DNA from: Iphione sp. A-MEVVRFRX5
Taxonomy: Eukaryota
DNA: 64,000 nt
Assembly (NCBI GenBank): GCA_976226885.1
Contig: OZ320317.1
Span: 50,034,001-50,098,000 of the forward strand
Direction: 5' to 3'
Below are positions 58,111 to 64,000 of this stretch, in pieces. The position numbers were made by a program, and so were the translations under genes. The notes under the pieces were generated by a model, which was not told the origin of the DNA, ran no database searches, and saw only the letters and a list, made by a program, of their open reading frames with translations. How positions within the stretch are numbered: the first letter of the stretch is position 1; the number at the start of each line of letters is the position of its first letter.

Positions 58111-61100
58111 GCGGTAGAGTCACCAAGAGCAGAGGCCCCAGCCCGCAGCGATTCGCCCCCGCCCGAACACCTGCGAGCACTAGCGGGAGCCACCACGGGC
58201 GGAGTGGTCCTTCAAGGACGCCGACGTCAGGGGTGCAGTGGGCTGCTACTGTCCGGAAGAATGGGAGGCTCCACCTTCGACTGGCTGGTGGACAAGGGGG
58301 CATCAGCCTCACTACTCTCAAGCCGAGTCTCCGACAATTTGCAGGGTGTGGCCTTGGGCCCGATGGATGCCCGGGTGTTCGGCGTGGATGGGGCCCCACT
58401 ATTCGTGAGAGGGACGGTCGCCAGCCAGGTACACTTCGGAGATACAAGGGTACCCGTCAGGGCCCGAGTGGTCGACATGGAGGTACCAGCGATCCTGGGA
58501 CTCGACTGGCTGGACGCCTGGGATGCGGCAGTGGATACCGTGCGGGCGCAGGTAACTCTGGGCGCCCCTGTGGGGGACGGCGCCATGCTGCTGGCGGCCA
58601 GAGGAGACCATCGCATTGCCGCGGGACAGTTAGGCTGGGTGACGGCCACCTGGGCGCCGACACTCGGGGAACCCGCGGGGGTGCTGACCGAGGGTAACCA
58701 GCGGTTCGAGGAACGCTCGGGACTCCGGGTAGCACAGGCCGTGGTGTGTCCCGCAGAGCGGAAGTTGCTGGTGCCAGTATGGAACCCGGGTTCACAGAAG
58801 GCGTACATTCACGGCGGGACCCACGTGGGGCGGGCCCATCCGGTGGAAGAGGTGGATCCCATTCAAGTCGGAGCCAGCTCAACGGTTGAGGGTGAGCAGT
58901 CAGAGGCAGTGGGACAACTTCTGGAGAGCCTTCCAGAGGACCTCTCAACAGAGGAACGGCGGATGGTTCACGCTTTACTGGAGGAGTACAAGGGGGTGTT
59001 CCAGACCCCCAGTGGGCCCCTCGGGTGCACTCCTGATGTGCAACACCAGATAGACACTCAGGGGCATCCTCCCATCCGTCAGCGGGTGCGGAGCCTCCCC
59101 CCACAGAAGAGGGCAGAGCTCGAACGGGAAGTGGATTCCATGGTAGAGCGCGGAGTCCTGGAATCCTCTACCAGCCTGTGGGCCTCACCCCTGGTCCTGG
59201 TGAGGAAGAAGGATGGTGGGACCCGGTTCTGCGTGGATTACAGGTGCTTAAACGCGGTAACTAAGAAAGACGCTTATCCTATCCCCAGGATCGACGACAC
59301 CTTAGACGCCCTTCAAGGAAGCCGGTTCTTCTCAGCTTTAGATCTGGCCAGTGGATATTGGCAGGTGCGCATGGATCCACATGATGCAGAGAAAACTGCG
59401 GTGTGCACGCCCAGAGGACTTTACCAATTCAAGGTTATGCCTTTTGGATTTTGCAATGCCCCCTCCACGTTCAAAAGACTGATGGAGTCGGTGTTGCGGG
59501 GGCTTATCGGCGTGGAGTGTCTTCTCTATCTCGACGATGTTATCGTGCTAGGAAACTCGGTGCAGCAGATGTGCCAGCGCCTGGGAATGGTGTTCCAGCA
59601 GCTCCGGCAAGCCGGTTTGCATGTGAAAGCTTCGAAGTGCCAGCTGTTCCGGCGGGAGGTGGCCTACCTTGGGCACCGGGTGTCCGCTGCGGGGGTCGGA
59701 GTGGATCCAGCTAAGATAGCAGCGGTAGCGGAATGGGCTGTGCCTCGTTGCCAGGAGGAGCTACGCGGGTTCCTGGGCCTCTGTTCTTATTACCGGAATT
59801 TTGTCGAAGGTTTCGCAAAGATAGCAGCACCACTACACGCATTGGCCGATCGGCACGCCGAGTTTGCGTGGTCAGAACAGTGCCAGTTGGCATTTGAGGA
59901 GCTGAAGGAGCGGCTGGTGACGGCACCCATCCTTGGGTTCCCGAAACCGGAAGGACGACTCCTGCTCGACACGGATGCTTCGGATACGGGTATCGGCGCG
60001 GTGCTTTCCCAGGAACAAGAGGGGCAGGAAAAGGTATTAGCGTATGCCAGCAGGACCCTCACGCGACCCGAAAAAAACTATTGTGTCACTTGTCGGGAAT
60101 TGCTAGCAGTGGTGTTTGCATTACAGAAGTTCCGCTGTTACGTGGGAGGACGCACCATGGAGATACGCACTGATCACGACTCTCTGCGCTGGCTGTGCAA
60201 TTTCCGTGAGCCTCAAGGGCAACTGGCGCGATGGCTAGAAGAAATATTCTGCCACGACCTGCTGATCGTTCACCGGCCTGGAAAGAAGCATGGCAATGCG
60301 GATGGGCTATCTCGCCAGCGCTGCAAGCAGTGCCACCGCAACGAGGAGAGGGAGGAGCCAGTGCAGGAGCTCGCGGCAGTGGTGACCTTGAACCCAACTG
60401 GAGACCAACCGCAGCTACGGGACGCCCAACGGGAGGAGGAACCAGTAGCCGCCATTATGGACGCCCTCGAGGAAGGTAGAGAACTCCCAGGACTCGAACC
60501 GGGGTTGTCATGGGAAGAGCGCCAACTGCGCGCGGAGGCAAGACGGTTAAGTCTCCGGCGGGGGGTGTTAATGCGGTGTTGGCAAGAAGAGCCCTCGCGA
60601 CTGGTGTACCAGGCATACGTGCCGAGGAGCCTTCGGAAGCAGGTTTGGCAAGAGGCCCATGAGGGAGTGTTGAGTGGCCATTTGGGAGCGGAGAAGACAG
60701 GAGCCGCTCTTAGGACCAAGTGGTTCTGGCCTGGACTTCAGCGGGACGTCCTGCGCTGGACACAAGCGTGTCAGGCTTGCCAGCGCCGGAAAGGACCGTA
60801 CCGCAACAAGAGGGCGCCGCTACAGTACCGGAAAGTCAGCGAGCCATGGGAGCTAGTAGCAGCCGATGTCCTAGGGCCACTCCCACGGACCGAGCGGGGA
60901 CACCGTTACATTCTAGTAGTGGCAGACCACTTTTCCAAATGGACTGAGGCTTTCCCACTAGCGGAAGTCACGGCTCGGGCAACCGCCGAGGTGATTGTCA
61001 AGGAGATAGTGTGCCGCTTTGGATCTCCTAGAGCCTTGCATTCTGACCAAGGGTGGAATTTCGAAGCCGAGCTCTTCACAGAGGTGTTACGACTACTGGG

Positions 61101-61344
61101 GATCGAGAAGTCCAGGACCACACCATACCACCCCCAAGCCGACAGGGTGGTAGAGCATTTCAACAGGACACTCGCCAGCATGCTAGCTGCCCTGGGGGAG
61201 GAGAGGCAGGCCGATTGGGACTTGGCCCTTCCCTTCGTCATGGCCGCATATAGGGCCACCCCCCACAGCACCACGGGCGTCTCCCCTAATTGGTTGATCT
61301 TGCATTGGGAGGTTGCCACCCCGGCAGAGCTCCGCTACGGGTAA
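58072..61344 (+). CDS. pol: Pol polyprotein: aspartic protease, reverse transcriptase, RNase H, integrase core; damaged
   Basis: Protease LVDKGA (D-T/S-G altered to D-K-G), RT MPFG...YLDDVIV, RH TDAS...ELLAVV...TDH...NADGLSR, IN H-x6-H...C-x2-C, DVLGPLP, SDQG, VVEHFNRTL. Premature TAA at 61342-61344. Confidence 0.95.
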   Translation, partial: GKRGTARPSLEGQAVESPRAEAPARSDSPPPEHLRALAGATTGGVVLQGRRRQGCSGLLLSGRMGGSTFDWLVDKGASASLLSSRVSDNLQGVALGPMDARVFGVDGAPLFVRGTVASQVHFGDTRVPVRARVVDMEVPAILGLDWLDAWDAAVDTVRAQVTLGAPVGDGAMLLAARGDHRIAAGQLGWVTATWAPTLGEPAGVLTEGNQRFEERSGLRVAQAVVCPAERKLLVPVWNPGSQKAYIHGGTHVGRAHPVEEVDPIQVGASSTVEGEQSEAVGQLLESLPEDLSTEERRMVHALLEEYKGVFQTPSGPLGCTPDVQHQIDTQGHPPIRQRVRSLPPQKRAELEREVDSMVERGVLESSTSLWASPLVLVRKKDGGTRFCVDYRCLNAVTKKDAYPIPRIDDTLDALQGSRFFSALDLASGYWQVRMDPHDAEKTAVCTPRGLYQFKVMPFGFCNAPSTFKRLMESVLRGLIGVECLLYLDDVIVLGNSVQQMCQRLGMVFQQLRQAGLHVKASKCQLFRREVAYLGHRVSAAGVGVDPAKIAAVAEWAVPRCQEELRGFLGLCSYYRNFVEGFAKIAAPLHALADRHAEFAWSEQCQLAFEELKERLVTAPILGFPKPEGRLLLDTDASDTGIGAVLSQEQEGQEKVLAYASRTLTRPEKNYCVTCRELLAVVFALQKFRCYVGGRTMEIRTDHDSLRWLCNFREPQGQLARWLEEIFCHDLLIVHRPGKKHGNADGLSRQRCKQCHRNEEREEPVQELAAVVTLNPTGDQPQLRDAQREEEPVAAIMDALEEGRELPGLEPGLSWEERQLRAEARRLSLRRGVLMRCWQEEPSRLVYQAYVPRSLRKQVWQEAHEGVLSGHLGAEKTGAALRTKWFWPGLQRDVLRWTQACQACQRRKGPYRNKRAPLQYRKVSEPWELVAADVLGPLPRTERGHRYILVVADHFSKWTEAFPLAEVTARATAEVIVKEIVCRFGSPRALHSDQGWNFEAELFTEVLRLLGIEKSRTTPYHPQADRVVEHFNRTLASMLAALGEERQADWDLALPFVMAAYRATPHSTTGVSPNWLILHWEVATPAELRYG

Positions 61345-62216
61345 CCGGAAAGGCCGGTGGTAGAAAGAGGAGAGTACGCGCAGCAGGTGGAGGAAGAAGT
61401 CCGAGAGGCCCATCAGCGGGTCGCTTGCAAGCTGAACAAGGCAGCTGAGTTGCGGCAGGACTGGTATAACCAGAAAGTGAGGCCCCAGGAGTACGTAGTG
61501 GGGCAGAAAGTGTGGCTTTTCACCCCACTAAGTTCCAGAGCTGGTGGGAAGGGCCGTGGCGGATAGAGGACAAGTTGTCTGCAGTTGTCTACCGGATAGG
61601 AAGAGGGGCGCGGCGGAGAGTCGTGCATGCGGATCGCCTCAAGCCGGCAGTGACCGAGGACGTCGCGGCGGTTGCTGCGGAGTATGCGGAGTATGAAAGG
61701 GCCGCTGCGGATCACGGGGAGGTTGCAACTGTCGCCGCCGTGGAACCTGGACTCCGCAACACGTGCAGCCACGCGGCTCACACGAACGCCGCACTCACGA
61801 TAGGGGGCGCCGCCGTCGACTCGGACGCTCTCCCCAGCGTCCCTGACAACCCGTGGAGTGCACATCACGAGACGTCTGCTGCAGTACACCGACCAAAACA
61901 CATTGTTAATTCCATCTCGCACGAATCTTGGGTAGTCAAAGCAACGGGACTAGACACCACGCCACACATCCATATTGGAGAAAGTGATACAGCAGAGGTA
62001 AGGCACTGTTGTACCCCTAGCCAGTCATGGCGCCCGGGCGATAATCGGGGGTCGCACGCCGCAGCAGAAAGTAAACATCAGCGGCAGAGTTCTAGTGATA
62101 ATTTGCCGCACGGCTCAGTAAACGATAAAAGGGTGCAGCGGCACAATAAGCTAAGTAAACGGCCGCAATTTACCGAGAGGCCGCAGCGGCGCCACTTCGA
62201 GGCCGCAGCGGTGTAG
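61345..62216 (+). pseudogene. Integrase C-terminal region (GPY/F module) plus a ~190-aa extension
   Basis: After the stop the frame reads ...YVVGQKVWLFTP, shifts near 61525 to TKFQSWWEGPWRI...VYRI...VVHADRLKP, and stays open to TAG 62214-62216. Confidence 0.75.
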
Positions 62217-62240
62217 TACACGCCGCTGCGGCCTCGAAGT
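62194..62240. repeat. Perfect 18-bp inverted repeat (hairpin) between pol and ORF3
   Basis: ACTTCGAGGCCGCAGCGG (62194-62211), an 11-nt spacer, then CCGCTGCGGCCTCGAAGT (62223-62240). Confidence 0.9.
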
Positions 62241-62284
62241 TCAATTGTTGACGCCGCGCCTGCAACGTGCAAGACCTTGACTTA

Positions 62285-62310
62285 TACTGTTGCTTGTTTG
62301 TTCCCTGCAG
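62285..62310 (+). promoter_or_regulatory. Putative splice acceptor upstream of ORF3
   Basis: tactgttgcttgtttgttccctgcag: a pyrimidine tract plus CAG in otherwise GC/purine-rich element DNA, 2 nt before ATG 62313. Confidence 0.55.
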
Positions 62311-62312
62311 TG

Positions 62313-64000
62313 ATGACAGACCAGACCCCCACTACCTCTGGGGAGGTACCCTATGCCACGGCTCCATTTTCCTGCCACCTCTGCGACACAGGATTTCAGC
62401 AACAGCAGAACTTACGCCGCCACATGGAACAAGTGCACAGCCCAAAGGGTTTCGGCTGGATTTGCCCCGTCCAGACCTGCAAGAACACCGCCTTTCGACG
62501 ATGAACGGACTGGAAGCGGCACCTTCTGGTGGTACACCGGTCCCTCCAGATGACGCAGACAGTGGATATCTGTTATGTCCGGTTTTCGGGGTTCAACCCC
62601 ACCCGCGGGGTCGCCATCGACTGCCCCGCGGACAAGCAGATGGAGCTGGCCCGGTGGCGCTGTCGCAAAGCTACCGCAAGGACCAAGGATTTCCGGGCAG
62701 AGGTCATAGAGTCCTCGGACGATGAAGAAGAGTCGGGAGAGGAAGCCCCCCTCGACCACCGCGCCCACCTGCCCGCCGGGCGCGTCGTCGACTTGGCACC
62801 GACCGCTCCGCCCCGGCGACCCCCAGCAGCTCCGCAGGCAGCAGGGGACCGCCCACTTCTGCTTCGGCCGGGTCTGCGGATTCCCAGTCCGAGACACCGG
62901 CGCAGGGGTCGACCTCCGAGGCGGGACCGTCGCCGGGCAGCCGGGCCGGAACCAGTGGAGGGTCCGCGTCACCGCCGGAGAGGATGCGACCGCGTACTTA
63001 CGCCAGGGCCCCAAAGGAGTGTCCGGCGAAGCCGACCACGTGCGCCCGGACCCTCCCCCTGGTCCCGACCCCGAAGGGGATCAACCTGCCGGGGAGCCAG
63101 GATTCCAGAGGACGGCGGCTGTTCACCGCCCCCCAGTCGGGATCCGAGGACGACAGGGAGGGTCAAGTAACCTACCCAGCCAGGCCCACTCCGACGCGCT
63201 CCTCCCCCGGACCGATGGCCCAACCCCCCTATGCCTTACATTCACCGGGCAGAGGGCGAGCGGCGGCGCGCCATCAAGGCCGGGCCGGGGTGGGCAAGGG
63301 TAAAGGACCCACCACGGCGAAATCTCGGGGAAAGGGGAAGGGGAAGGCCCCCCCACCCAAGTCGACGCGACCAGGACAGCCGCCGCTCAAGATGGGTCGT
63401 GGGTCGGCTACCGACATGGAGGAGGAGTTAGACCGCCGCCTTGGGCCAGGTTGGTCCAAGGAGGCCTCGCCTTCCCAGCCGGTGGTCATCTCCGATTCAC
63501 CGGAAAACTCCCCCTCCCGGACTTGGAGGAGGAGGCCGCTGCTACCTTGGCAGGCCTCTCCCAGCACAGCGTGTCAGGACGGGCCGACGCATCCACCCCG
63601 CCGCATCGGGAGTCCCCGTTGGACCGGCCGCCCACTGCGCCGTCAGGTCGGGGCGGGACTTCCTCTGCATTGGTTCCACCGGGGGGGCGAAGCTGCGAGC
63701 TCCCGCCAATCGTGGAGGATGCAGAGCCTCCGGAGGCCCCCGGCGATGTGGAAGTGGGAGCTGGCGGGCCCTCGGCGGCCCATCAGGAGGAGGCCGTGCC
63801 AATGTCCTCTCCACGTGGCCCCCCCGCGACGTATCTGCCAGCGGCCCCGATGGGTCCTCCCCTAAGGGCTTCAGACGAGGAGGGAGTGGGAGCCGGGGGT
63901 TCTTCGTTGGCACCGTCGGAGGAGACTGCCCCGGCGGCCCCTCCACGCGCACCCTCCACGGCGGGTTCACCGACCACCGCCAGGATGCCAACGAGTGAGG
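62313..64000 (+). pseudogene. Accessory ORF3 of the Gypsy element: tandem C2H2 zinc-finger protein with acidic, basic and disordered regions; 3'-partial, interrupted
   Basis: ZF1 CHLCDTGFQQQQNLRRHMEQVH (62373-62438) and ZF2 CPVQTCKNTAFRR*TDWKRHLLVVH (62463-62537, TGA at 62502-62504). The frame continues through IESSDDEEESGEE; later segments need about 3 inferred frameshifts; the last frame is open from 63517 to the window end. Confidence 0.7.

Larger units (their letters stand above)
56367..64000 (+). mobile_element. Ty3/Gypsy LTR retrotransposon, decayed, 3' end outside the window, with an extra 3' ORF
   Basis: LTR, PBS, CCHC gag and PR-RT-RH-IN domain order (integrase last, diagnostic of Ty3/Gypsy versus Ty1/Copia); sharp GC rise against the AT-rich flank. 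Confidence 0.95.

Noticed and set aside
56603-63991. Numerous overlapping minus-strand and alternate-frame ORFs across the retrotransposon, including CGLRR repeats at 56682-56981
   Set aside because: Expected in GC-rich, stop-poor DNA; they shadow gag, pol and ORF3 and show no domain motifs.
62313-64000. ORF3 as an env gene, or the integrase tail as a chromodomain
   Set aside because: No signal peptide, furin site, fusion peptide or transmembrane helix in any frame, and no chromodomain aromatic-cage pattern after the GPY/F module.

Overview
Animal (probably marine invertebrate) genomic DNA with two main parts. (1) Bases 133-50540 (+) hold the 3' part of one giant secreted mucin-like gene. 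I traced by hand 78 GT-AG coding exons totalling 24,252 nt (8,083 aa plus stop) in one continuous frame; the N-terminus lies upstream of the window. Thr/Gly/Val/Ser-rich O-glycosylation tracts, including about 40 copies of a 62-aa repeat, alternate with 19 complete and 1 partial copies of a ~130-150 aa Cys-bracketed beta-rich domain that looks like a highly diverged F5/8 type C (discoidin) fold. The protein ends in a SCO-spondin-like tail (4 TSP1, 2 TIL, short VWC-like modules) and a C-terminal cystine knot. Introns carry two TA-flanked MITEs and an antisense Penelope-like remnant with a minimal hammerhead ribozyme. CpG is depleted block-wise in the duplicated parts of the gene. (2) Bases 56367-64000 (+) hold a decayed Ty3/Gypsy LTR retrotransposon: 269-bp 5' LTR, tRNA-Leu PBS, gag, a -1 frameshift signal and PR-RT-RH-IN pol. 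In the position where env would sit it carries a long extra ORF, preceded by a splice acceptor, that encodes two C2H2 zinc fingers and a long disordered tail; the 3' LTR is outside the window. The ZF-bearing third ORF and the discoidin-like-repeat mucin are the best candidates for undescribed biology. All coordinates and domain calls are from manual reading; no database searches were run.
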